A stretch of 64,000 bases of DNA from Antedon mediterranea (taxonomy: Eukaryota; Animalia; Echinodermata), in the NCBI RefSeq assembly GCF_964355755.1, contig NC_092671.1:14942001-15006000 (forward strand), read 5' to 3'. The position numbers and the translations under genes are program-made. Shown here in pieces: positions 15,363-28,273 of this stretch. Under the pieces are notes generated by a model that saw only the letters and a list, made by a program, of their open reading frames with translations, searched no databases and had not been told where the DNA came from. The first letter of the stretch is position 1. Every line of letters starts with the position of its first letter.

Positions 15363-18044
15363 ATGGAGGAGTTTCTTCAGAAATTTAGCATTAAAATGAG
15401 ACAATTAAACTGATTGAAGGTAAGAATATTGAATAAGATGATTATTTACAATACTGATAATATAGAGACATATTATATTTGAGAGGCGAGGAAGAAACAT
15501 CAGTAACAAATTTACTGTACACTTTGAAATAATAATCCTTCTAGCCTGAAGGCAGGGCGCGGTCGACCGGTCGCATCCTGTTACCCTTTACTCGCACGTA
15601 CTCGTACGGAGACCGGTCCGGCTGCAGGAGGAGGAATAAACGCAAATAGCATGACAACTTAAGGCCGCACTAGAGCTAGGCCTAGGCCTAGTTAGAAATT
15701 GTCAAAATGCCTACTACTTATAATAGGCATAGGCCTAGCATAGGCTTGTCTATTCTCCTTATGTTATGATGATATTAATTATTTAATAATATTTATTTAA
15801 TATTAATTAATAATTAATATTATTTGTTTTAGGGCCTAAATAAATTAATTGGCCACATTTTTTTATTGGCCTACTACTAGCCTGTACTACTAGCCTGGCT
15901 AAACCTAGCATAGGAAGGAAGGCCTAGCTAGCGATTTTAATTATTATATGCACGATCATGTTAGACCTTTAAATTAGTACTATTTTAAGTAAGTAGGTCT
16001 AGACCTAGGCCAAAAGTGATATGATAACAAAGCCTAGCCTTATAGATAGGCTAGGCTCTAGGCTAGATAGAGTAGTATAAGTATATATTTGTACCTCATT
16101 TAACAAATTTTATAATTATAATTAGTGTTTTCACACAAATGTTCATGCATGATTGCCAATGATGCTGCTCTGTTGCCATTGGCTGTAATGATAATATAGA
16201 AACCAACTGTACTGTAGTTGGAACTTTTAAATACAGTATTCATTGTTTCACTGAGAATGAAATAAAGTTTTAAACAACTATACTAGGCCTAGTTAAGTTA
16301 GACTACACAAATGAGTGTGTGGCAGAAGAAAAATGCTTACAAACTATTTTAGGTCTATATTAGTACTATAGTACAGTATAACACCTTTGATCTTTAAGAA
16401 TGACAGGTTGGGTTATTTATAACTCACTTTGTAAAGACTAAAGAATTTAGAGATCATCTTAATTTACCACACTGTTGATATTACTACTAGTCTTTCTCTC
16501 TGCACCTCTTTAAGGTGATCCCTTAGCTAAGTGTGTACCATATTTGGTAGTGGTCTAAACTGATAAAATGATTATACTCTAGTATAAAGAAAAGATCAAC
16601 TTGGTATAAATACCTTGAAAGCAGTTCTTATTTCCTTTTTGTCAAATACCGTATTAAATTGTTTTAATTTTGTTTTCTTAAATATAAATATTTTTTATTT
16701 AAGATTGAATGGATGAAGTATCACCCAGCTAACCGTGAAAATACTGTGCAGATAAGGACATATTTTAAGGAGACAGCCACCATGAGGTCAACGATCATTA
16801 AAACAAAAAATCCAACAATAACAAAAGTGCTTGAAATGTTTCCACGAATAAAGGACATGCCATGATTGGTAAGATATTTACAATGACAATTTAAGTGTAT
16901 GTATACTGGACCTATGATTTAGTCCTTATCCGAGAAGACTTGTTCTTCCACCAGAACAATGAAGTGACTGAGCCTTGCCAATGTTATGGCTGTGGTTTGT
17001 GGCGCCCCTGCCTTACTGCTTGGCCCCTATACACCTCTCGATATTTGATATGTAACTTAGCACAATGAAATTATTCACATATTTCCACAGATAAATCTTG
17101 ATTTTAAGATCACATATGGAGATGACATTTCAGATGGATTTTTATCTAGATGGAACGTTTTTCTTTTACTGTAAGTATGCTGGCGTGCACAGCCTAGGCG
17201 TAGTACACAGTATTACATTTTAAAAAGACGATTCTTTATCTAAATATTTACAATACCTATTCACAAGTCAAATGGCTTAAATTGAAAAGTTAGGTATATA
17301 AACTAAAAACATAGTACTGATATCTTGTATGTTTATTTACAGGTGACATATGTGCCATAAAGGTTTTAGCCCTGATGCTGCCATCTTCAAATGCACATTG
17401 TACAAAGAAAGGCAAAGGAAAATCAAAAGGAGCCAGTAGGGAAGAGTCACTTGACTACCTTATCCAACATCAACCAGTAAGTAACAAAATAGAAGGTCTT
17501 GTTTAAATAATTCTTGATTCACAAGCAGTAACAATAATTGAGTCATCTTTTGTGCCTAAATAAATTTGCTGTTAACAAGTTTTGTTTCATTCACACATAC
17601 AGTACATTTGTCAAATGTCCTATTATTAATGTCCTATTATGTTTCATCAATTGCGTAGTTTCATTTTTATTTTATGTACCTGGTTTATCAATTATTGACA
17701 TAAAGTACACAAAAATAAATGTACTTTTTATTCTCTTATTTTGATTAAACAAATAAGAACAACGATATTTCTTCTTATTTTTACAGATTGGCACCAGTGT
17801 AGACACGTTTTCCAAAAACAAGAGTGACAAGTTCACTCAACCATTTTTGTTAGCCCTTGGTCCTTCCACAAATCCGGAACAATATTTTCTTGTCTGTGAC
17901 CATTGTGCTACCGAAGCTGGTTCGGCAGTAGTGTTAGCTTTTGATTTAGTTTTTAAGTCATTTTATACTTTTAATGTTTTTTTTCCTGGCTGCCTTTACT
18001 CTTTTTATAGGATCATATATTATTTATTTTTACATAAAATGTAG
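15363..18044 (+). pseudogene. SAMD3-like accessory protein gene of the EnSpm-like element, disrupted
   Basis: Exon-like blocks with splice sites: 15363-15419 (frameshifted), 16704-16868 (IEWMKYH...KVLEMFPRIKDMP*L, in-frame TGA 16863-16865), 17091-17170 (INLDFKITYG...FLSRW), 17343-17476, and 17787-18044 (QPFLLALG...QYFLVCD...AFDLVFKSFYTFNV). The motifs are recalled from the SAMD3-like ORF of animal EnSpm elements. Confidence 0.65.
16908..16990 (-). mobile_element. SINE fragment (MetaSINE-like core) in an intron of the EnSpm-like element
   Basis: GGACCTATGATTTAGTCCTTATCCGAGAAGACT resembles the reverse complement of the conserved metazoan SINE motif TCTTCTCGGATAAGGAC...TAGGTCC (recalled, not aligned). 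Confidence 0.4.
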
Positions 18045-21000
18045 TCTGTGACCTTAAATTAGGTCGAAAAAACGTAGAGAATGCAACTTTAAATATTACA
18101 GCCATTTAACGCAAAGGTAAAATACGTACGTAATACATTTTTTAACTTTTGTTTTACTATTGCTTGTTTGGTGTTGTGTATAAAGTCAAAGATTGCCTTA
18201 CATTTATTCCAAATTTGTATTAATCTTTGTATGCTTTAATTAAAAAATTGTCTTTCTTAATATACTTTTCTCTTGATTTTGGTTAATTTTTAAGCACTTA
18301 GTTGCCCAACATATTGTGCTATATTACATTGAACTTTATTATTAATTAATAAATGCTACTATTTTAGTGAAATTAAAGTTTTTTCTATTTCATTTATCCT
18401 GTGTGCGTAATCTGTCATCTACAGCAGTAGTAGTAACAATTTTGCACTATGATAACAAATTAATATTTGATTTTATAATCCATCTTTGGTCGTGTTATTG
18501 TTAGAGATATTTTATACATTGAACCAGCAGATTTAAAGTACTTTTTAAGATTTCACTACAGTACTGCATTTCAAAGAAGTAAAAATACTATAAAAGAGTG
18601 AGCTCCCACTCCTTTTAAAGAGTGACTATCACTCTTTATCAAAAGAGTGACAATATTATTTCACTCTTTTTCCACTCTTTTCCCACTCTTTCAAAGAGTG
18701 AATAGTTCCACTTATTTCAAAGAGTGGTTTTCACTCTTTGAAGAGTGGTCCTTAATACCACTCCTCAAAAGAGTGAAAATTCACTCGAAAAGAGTGGATT
18801 TTCACTCTTTTACATTAAGAGAGTATACGATTATTCATATTAAAACAGTAGACTTATATATACCAGTTTTGTTTGTAATTGAGTTTAATATAATTATTAT
18901 ATCGTCGGTGCACCGCGGTTATTCCGGTGTAATTAGGCTAGCCTATAATTGATTTATATATTGTTTATTAATGTATCAGAACCATAATCAATAACGATAC
19001 ATTTTGACGTTTTAAAATAAAATAGATTCGAAACATCAACGCAAAGAGTACTGATTTTTTTTCTCATTTATGGTTCACTGGATTCAAAATGTTGACTTAA
19101 CATTTTGTGACATAATGACCTGAATAGAACAAAATTAGGTCATGTTTTCAATTCAATTACTAATTTTTTAATGTCTGAGTTTACCATTCGGTCAATATCT
19201 ATATGGAATTACTAAATATTGTAGGTATTATAAACAATTTTAATTAATTAATTAATGTCTGAATAACAAATTAGAATAATAGGTTAGAATGTTGATTTTG
19301 TTACAAATTGTGTGCTGGTTGTGTTTTGATCAATCTTCAATTCGTATCTCAATTGTCCTGTTTTCCCGCGTAAAGCAGCGGTACAAGCACATTTGCAGAA
19401 AAATCAATTAATTTAAATGAAGTATAGGCCTACTTTAAGTGTTACATGAACTATTGTGTACATGTTTACATTTTCAGAAGATCATTGCTAATTGATTGAC
19501 ATCATGTGATTACAGTGTGTTCAGTAAAAATAGGATTAAGGCATCGCCTCCTCAAGCCAAGTCGATTAAAAAGAGACGGACAATTAGCCATCATTAAAAC
19601 TACCACAAAAACAACTTTGTTATTTTGTTCTCACCTTTTCACGCTAAAAACAAGAACACAACACAAACCATAGTAAAGTACAGTTAGGCTTATTTGAGTG
19701 ACGCTTTTCGGATCTTTTAAGACATTTTAAGTTTGATGTTCACGTAATATACCAAGGAGAACATTTTTAAAAGGTTTACGACCATTTGTGGTACTTCTAA
19801 AACCATGGATCTATAAATGAGATATAAAATAATAGTATTCAGTCTGAACATTAGAATGGGATCATGCGGTCAGTATTACAAAAATAGTTTTATTTGGTAC
19901 TGTAGGGGTTAGTTCTATAATTATTCTACAAACACAGAAATTTAGGATTTAAGTTTATGTATCGTACCTTAATTGATTAATTTAAGGAAACACTAATAAA
20001 CGGTGGGGAACTGAAACTCTCGCATATCAAGACATTCCTCGCACATCTTGTCGTCTGGAGAGCGCCCTCTGTTTAGATCTGAGCTATATGCCCAATTCCT
20101 TTTAACGTACAAATTTCAAAATTATTTTGCTTGTTTCTTCTGAATATTATAAAATTGTGAACTTAAACCTACAACTAGTGGACTTTCTATTAGCCTTTGG
20201 ATCAGAATTTGACAGGTTAGAACGCCGGATGAAGTTGCGGTGTAATTACGCGACAAACAAATAAAAAATATACCACATAAAACGACTTTAGTGGTTGTAT
20301 TTGGCAAGGGTTTTTACATATTTTGAATAATACTTTTTCGAATGAGAATACTTTCAGGTGTAATGATTTGGGGTGTACGTGTACATTTAAAGTGCCCAAT
20401 ACGGGTGGCCTCTTTGATCAAGTGACTTAAAACCTAAAACCTAAAACGGAAATAAAATCTATAAGCGGAATATAAAGACAGTTGTATCATACTTATAACA
20501 AAATAAATCTGTAGTCGACAAATAAATCAACAATCATTCTTTGTTGTCAGAAAAAGCTCCGTGATCTGAAACGACTTCTTTAATACCTGGAATCGATATT
20601 GTTCCGTAAATTCCGCAAATCAGTTTATACCTAGTGCAACGTACATGGCCTACACATTTGTGTTTCTATTTTATTTCCAAATTCTATTTTTTAAACAATG
20701 GAGGATTCGAACTCGTCATTCTCCAAAATAATGTCAGAATTAATATGCGCTAGTGTAAACTAAATTCTACACTGAGTACCAATTGAACCGAACTACGGAA
20801 CTTGTTATTTATTATTTCTAATTAATTTGGCAAAAAAACCTGTTCTCAAATGTCATTGGAAGATACCCATTGCCACGCCCACCCCCTTGCTGACCAATAT
20901 CTATTTTAATTGTTGAGACTCTCTCAATCTTTTCGAATTCTTCACAAATCAGATTTGACGTTTCAATGAATAGAGGTTAGTGTTAGTTTTCTCATTTTTA

Positions 21001-24000
21001 ATAGTTTAGAAAAAGAAGTAGTACCAAACTGTGTTTTAAACTATGAAGCTTGCATACAGACCAACAATTTATTTTTAGTATAGTGATTTATATAATAGGT
21101 GAGAGCTTTAGGTTGTTATACTATATATTAAACAATTACCGTACAGTTTATACTGGATTATTTAATCCATGCTCACTACTTATATTTTCGGAGATGTTTT
21201 AATGAGTGGACCCGCACCCCCCGAGTGTCATTGCCCTTCGTGGTTTTATCTATAACACTGTATCATGAGTGTCCATATAAATACTCGATCCCATTTATAT
21301 ATTCAAAGGGTTTAAGTTTTAGTTTTTACTCACTGCTAAACTTCTATTTAAAATGGTTATGTTTGGACTCAGTGTTCACCGCTGAATCATTTGCCTAGTC
21401 ATCCCTTGTCAAGAATATAAAGCCGTAAGACTCATTATACCGTATTGATCGATACTCAAACTGCAAACGTCGTGTACAGAGATCCTGAAATCATCTTATC
21501 AGGGAGTGAGATTATGATACATAATATCCAAATTAGTAAAAGCCAACATTAGACATCTTTTTAATTGTAATAATGTACCACATGAACATTATCAAAGAGG
21601 TAACGTTTAAAAAGTAACAAGAATTCGTGTTATATAAAGAGCCTTTTTTACACAATCTGTATCATGACTTGTTTACACGTTTTACAAAGTAGGGTCTACT
21701 TGTTTTTATGTAATAATGAAGGAATTCCATTGATTGGATAGATAATTGGCAATCGAAATTGACCATGTATTGTTCGTTTGTTCGTTTTATCTTCCACGGT
21801 ATTTATATGGAACAATGGTATTTGTTCTGTTTTCGTATTTTGTAACTATCTATTTCTAATGCCATGGTTTAATTGGCATGTTGTCGCGTATGTCTTATAA
21901 CACTTGACCATTACCCTTTTAATTTCGAAATATACACTGAATTTTGGTAACTGTTTCCCAATGAACAATAACAAATAACATTTAATTGAAGTCGATTTAG
22001 CATGTGATAGGCCTAATAGTTTTGGAAACAGGCATGTCAGCTTTGTGTTGTAAAAGTATCATGTTCTAAGAATTTCAAAACTGTATACTAATGTACTGAA
22101 AAGTTGAATTGATGTAGACTTTATCCTAACATTTACATCGACATTAATAACGATTTACATTACTTAACCTTAGTCTATGTCAGTGACAGCAATCGTTTGT
22201 GATTAAAAGTTTAAAATTCATACTACTTTCTTGGTCTAGACTGCACTTCTATAGAGTGATAGTGATGGATACATTTTAGATAAAAGAGGGGGAAACTTTC
22301 ATATAGCCTATTGCTTCTAAAGTCTAAAAGACTACGGACGTGAAGCTTGGTCTAGGGTTCGACGGGGGTTCGATGTTACTGGTACTGTAGGCCCAGATGA
22401 ACGTCAACAAAAAAAAGCTTTGACACAAATATGTTTTTATAATACGGATCTTATAAATATTATTATGGTTTTTTTTTTCATTTTAAAATTTAGAATTTGC
22501 ATTCATAGATTGAATTTTGAAAATTTTCTTTTTGTAATTTAAATTCGGACACGCAAACGGCATTAATACGTAGACTAATATTGTATATTAAATCATGAAT
22601 AACCCATGGATTATATAAACGTGATGCAAAGAATTAATTGATATAGTTGCTAATGACCCACTAATTACTAAGTCGTCCCCAGAAATATAAATGCTGCAGC
22701 AAGGATAGTGCCGATGGGAACGCCAGACATATTCATTAGAGTACTTGGACACAATTACGATGACCAACTCGCGTACGTACCTTGCCTAGAGGCGCTTCCT
22801 TGAACCACCAGGATAGCATGATGAGTTCAGAACACCCAAGATAAAAAGATTATGTTGTCAATAACAAATTCAAAGTCTGCAGCAGTATGACTTTAGCCTT
22901 TGAACTCATTGTCTTAGAAATACCAGGGATGCTGCTGTTTGTAAAGTAGGTGTGTAGGTGAGATGAAATTACCCCCAGGATATTTAGACTATTAGCTTTC
23001 ATAACTTGAACTTGAATTGAATCATAAACCAAAATGGATAGCAGAAAAAGAGACGAATGTCTACAAACAGGTTCACTTTTAGGTTAAAGTGTAATATAGT
23101 TAATAAACCTCCTACCTATCTCTTCGGGCCCTTTAAGGCTGCACATTTTTAATTTAAATGGTTAATATATAAAATATTATTATAGGTGAAGTATAACGAT
23201 ACCATGTCTTTTTTTAACCGATTTACGGCAGCGTAATATACATTGTAATGGAAACAAAACATGCAATCGTCATCGATGTCTCCATTAATACAGTCACTTT
23301 CATCATTATCATTGTTCATCGTCATTGTCGTCATCATTCAATAGTATTGATATTAGGAATATAATTTGCTATGTTCTACATAATTTGATTTTCTCGAATT
23401 TAACTTTTAGATAAGTAAATGTTAAATGTTAATGTACCACTTTCATTGGGTTTCCCATCATATCTCGTAAACCAAACGCCTATCTGGCAATATTTGTCCG
23501 GTAATATTTCACACTTTAACAACTAATTGCAACCACAACAGGGCCATTCATAAGTTGAATTTAGGAGAACTGTTGAAACACTTGTTGGCCATTCGACAAC
23601 ATTGCACAAATCAATTGACATGGGACGTCTACTGAGTAACCAGTCAAAGGTGAACTGTTTCACATGTTTTAACACTTGAGACAACGCCTTCACGTGCTTA
23701 CACAAATTACGTCTGTCATGTATAACATTATTATACCATTTTATATTTGTGTAAGTAAATCAAATATTTTCTTTGAATATAAAAGTGTAAATGGCCAACA
23801 TAGTATAATTATTAATTCAATTTTCATTTTTGACGTCTGTCATCACAATCATTAACATAAAAATACATCATCGACAGCTTAGTTAAACCATGGAAGAACG
23901 ATTTAAGTTAAGTTTAATATCATGATGTCTCGCCCAGCTCCTTGTCCGGGCCACCTCTACTACTATAACAACATTTAACTCTCAAAAGTATACTTTTTGT

Positions 24001-27000
24001 CAAAATAAGCCTTGTGAAGAATGTAACATTTGCAAGGGAAACGTAATAATATAATAACACATTGATATTAAGATAAACATCACTCTATTATTAGGGCTAC
24101 ATTAGTATACACGTAGATGAACTTTAAACTAAATATATATTTTAGTTTTGGAACGGTATGTAAGCGTAATGGTTTAATGTGTGCTCTGTGAATAGCAGGA
24201 AATGGGAGTTTAGAATGGTATTATTAAGGCAATGTGCTACTCACCAAGTTAACTTGCACATTACTCGAGGATTTCCTTAAACTGACATAAATTGGGAATA
24301 AAGAGTGATGATTCAAGTTTTAAATAAGTCATCGTACTGTTTCATTTTGAAAACAAAAAATTAAGATATACCTTAAATGGCGAACATGTAAAATTTAAGA
24401 AGAGATTACGCTTTAGTAGTAAGCACGTCAACAAAATACAAAACTGTTTATTGAACCTTATAGCCTTATACAGGCGTCATATGTGATACAATGAGACACT
24501 GTATTACCTAATCTATGATACTGTACGGTACCGAGAACCCGCTATGTTAGTACTGTTTGAATATCCAAAACTTAAAAATTAATATTATGCAATTTATAAA
24601 TGATTGCGCACGAAAATTGCTGGAGTATACATTCCTCACTTTACGCTCCATTCTCAACAACATGCTGTAACAATTCAATCGGGGGAAAGCCAGTTTACCA
24701 CCAATACTTGATAAATTAATTTGTGTCGGTTAGACGAAATGCCGATGAAATACCAACAGATCCCATGTGCCCTATTTAACCTGACTCTAAAATACATAAC
24801 AAACATTGACTCAAAACGGAAAATATTTGTTTCCTGAATAATTAATTTTAATAATTACTGCCCTATTAGCTTTTGTAGTTCATTAATAAAGTCCTAACTA
24901 AAGCATAGTTTCCACATACAGCTGTATATTATTGTGGTTTAATAATAATGTAATGACTACATTAAATTGAGAAGTATTCCTTCAACCTTTATGTAATAGG
25001 TCCATGCATCTTAATAAACAATTAGATATTTGTAAGCGTTTGTTTTCGCTGTTTAAAGAATTTAAAGAGGAAAAAACTTTACTACCGCATTCGGTTCGTT
25101 CATTATTTTTTTTAAGAAAGAAAAAATGTTTAATGGCTTGCCCCTCTTTATCTGTCGCATGCATTAGGCCCTGTATATATATATTTTAAGTGTAGTTGGA
25201 GGAATATCTAGGGCGAAGATTGCTTCTCTACCGCGTTGAACTATTTCGATGAATTAATTGTTTTAATTGGTTTATTTCAAGCCCAGACTGGTTTAAATTA
25301 AACAGCTGTAGGCTACTAAGGAAATACACCAGTTAAGAACTTTTTAACTTCTGTTGAATAAAGAAAGATAAGGTTTTCTTATGCAGCTTTTTGTTATATT
25401 GTCTATACTAATGATTTTAAAAATGGGAAGTTCCAAATGGGCTTTACTTAAGAGTTTTTTCTCTATCGTTAAGCCTAAAATCAATAGTGAGTTACGGGTG
25501 AATTATTTTCGGAAACATAATACCACTCACCCGTACATTGCAAACTTTCAACATTTGGACAACATGTCTAGAGAGAAATTGTTTGGATAGATGCTTGATT
25601 AAAAAAGGTTTTAGCTATAATTATTACAATATTTAGGACTCTAATAACAAAGTTACAACTTAAAAATATATCTATAAGAAATAATGCAAAATTGGAATAC
25701 CTTGCAAACTATGTAGACCCAATAAATATTCGTTTGATGCATTCAGACCTGGAATTCTAGGAAACTTTTATTACATTCATGTTCAACTACTACCTATATA
25801 TTAATTGACACTATGACATTAAATTATTATCATTTGTGATGGTCGTAATACCAAGGTGTATCTTCTTATTGACTCCAATTTGTTATTCAACAGGTTTTTT
25901 GGCAATCTGACATTTGCGTTTGATTTCTAAGGTCTATAATCACAGTTTTTGCAGACCCTATCATTCGGTAGGTTATTGCACTGCAGACCTGCTACCTACG
26001 ACTTATCGTATGCCCCCTATTCTTGATGAATGTTTCTACGAAATATGCGTATCTACTCAGGTACCGTACTGAGACCAAACGAATATATATAGAATCACTT
26101 TATGGGTGATCAACATATGGGAATAATATTATCACATAAGCCAACATGAGTTATACAAACACTTTTCTTAGAATTAGTTATTTGATACGGTAGAAACTAT
26201 AAAATCATTTCATATTTTAATTATAACGAGATATATAACCCTGGTGCCTGTTTGAGTCATAATAAACAACCTGCATATGCTCAATTACCTACCCTAAAAT
26301 TTTAAAAATAATTTTCCCTTTTAGCTATGAAATGTATTTAAACATTTTAAATTATTTCTCTTTTTCAGTCAAACCTATAATTAAAGTATAAAGTTATTGT
26401 GTGGTTTATCAAAGGTACAAACGGAATAGTGCATTATGATGGGTATGTGACCCATAACTGCTTAACCCAGCGAATATTTTCCATGGAGCTCATATTCCAA
26501 AAAAACAATTTCTTATCGTATCAAATATTATTATAATTAAACATTGTTGCAATTGCGACAGATGTGGGAGTCGCCGGTGAAAAGTGACCCAATTCCATTC
26601 GTTGGAAATTAATGATAATTAACGACATTGGTAAACGGCTGTAGATCAACCGGTGTATGTTATAAGTTACCTCTAAATTAGATCGAAACATCGAAAACCA
26701 TACTTTGTGTTTACATTAAGATTAATATTTTTGTTAATTATAACAAATGCTATTTTTTCCAAACAACCTCTTTAACGGTACTTTTTAGGCCTGCTTTTTA
26801 TATCGTGATTGTACTTCCATTTACATACCTCAGCCAAAATATAAACAAGCTGTTGTTAGATATGCGTATAATTAATTACATTAAAGTATAGGCCTATATA
26901 AATTAGATTCAATCGTTCAACGAAATAATAATTTCCTTTCTTTATTGAGTTGATAATTCGAGATAAAACCTTGAGGGAGACAAACAATTAACAATTGCTG

Positions 27001-27908
27001 TGCCGATAATATTAGTACGATAACAAGTATAATATCGCTCGGTAACACTCCATCCAACATGTACAGTTATGTACCGTGCTCTCCAGAAACACGTTTGGGA
27101 ATTACAGATTTGTCCACTGTTATGTGATATAAAGACCACTAAATGAAAAATTTCCAAAATCAAAAGAGTGTTCAAAGTTTTTTTAAACAATTATTAATCG
27201 AAGGATACCGTAACCACTGTGCGTTTCCCATACAGTTGAGTTAATATAAATCATTAAAAAGTATTTGTTGTAGTAGCTAGAACAGTTAAAGGTTAGCTTC
27301 TATTCAATAAACTTTTCATATATTTTAATACATGTATCCATGATAAAAACAATGATAATTAATATTTAAAACAAGAGTGTATTGGCCTATTTCTTTAAAT
27401 GTTCACTTTTGATTGTTATTTATAATAATTATCTATAACAATATTATATTGTTAAAGATTATTATAGTATCAATATTATAATTGTCTATATCACCGGTTT
27501 GATGTTATAAGTTAAAAAAAATGTATATATATACATATATTAATTATACATTTTCGAGAAAAAAAAAGAAGAATAGTATGCCTACATAGCCTCAAATATT
27601 AATGTTATGAACGCTTGCCATCACTTTTTAAAAAACAATATGACATACTGTACATTGAAACTGTTTGATTTATCTATGTGGAAGGTAAGACCTACTACGG
27701 CGGTGAGAAAGACGCGACATTTTATGCGGTGTATCTTTGAGGTTAATTATTTTATATAAAACATTCCTAATCGTTCAAAATCAAATTATGATACAATTCA
27801 ATGGATTGAAAACAATTGGTACTTGACGAGAGAAAAATGCCTAAGAATTGTGTCACGTTAAAAAAAAAATGTCTTGAGAAATTTTCAGATACTCACGCGA
27901 GCCTCTGA

Positions 27909-27987
27909 CCAATCAAATCACTCAGCCAATCACGTCCCTAAGCTGTGCATGCTTATTTGGTACTTCCCCTTTTGTTAGCTATATAAA
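27909..27987 (+). promoter_or_regulatory. Candidate proximal promoter of the IGF gene (two CCAAT boxes + TATA box)
   Basis: CCAAT at 27909-27913 and 27926-27930, TATATAAA at 27980-27987, about 110 nt upstream of the ATG, with canonical CCAAT-TATA spacing. Confidence 0.5.
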
Positions 27988-28098
27988 TGAAAAACTTGTA
28001 TTTGAATTAATTATTTTGTAACAAGACTTATGTGGGCACACCGGTGAATGTTATTGCATTATTAGTGGTATTATTTATTTCGAATTACAGATATTAGC

Positions 28099-28273
28099 AT
28101 GGGATTACTTACATACTTAGCTATTTTTGTGGTGCTGATTTGTGGAGTACACTTACGAAGTGTCGATTCTAGTCCAAAATATGCTCGTTACTGCGGACCA
28201 GATCTTGCAAGTGAACTACAGAGGAGATGTCGGTCGCAGGGCTACAACGGTCCACAACAAAACTCACCTTTGT
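28099..28273 (+). CDS. IGF: IGF coding exon 1: signal peptide + B domain
   Basis: MGLLTYLAIFVVLICGVHLRSVDSSPKYARYCGPDLASELQRRCRSQGYNGPQQNSPL; donor T|GTAAGT at 28274 (phase 1); possible acceptor TTACAG ending 28090 just upstream of the ATG. Confidence 0.92.

Larger units (their letters stand above)
15101..18825 (+). mobile_element. Defective EnSpm/CACTA-like DNA transposon
   Basis: Terminal inverted repeats TACTCTCTTATTGTAAACGAGTGAAAA and TTTTCACTCTTTTACATTAAGAGAGTA. Dense subterminal GAGTG/CACTC direct and inverted repeats occupy about 15101-15260 and 18590-18825. An internal spliced pseudogene is present, but no transposase was recognised. Confidence 0.8.

Noticed and set aside
22690-23035. 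Degraded LINE reverse-transcriptase fragment (NAAARIV on +, LNILGVIS on -)
   Set aside because: Isolated short motifs on opposite strands with no supporting flanking similarity.
1-28000. Additional insulin-family genes clustered with IGF
   Set aside because: A by-eye check of Cys-Cys codon pairs on both strands found no other CC-X3-C-X8-C pattern; a tBLASTn search would be needed to exclude divergent members.
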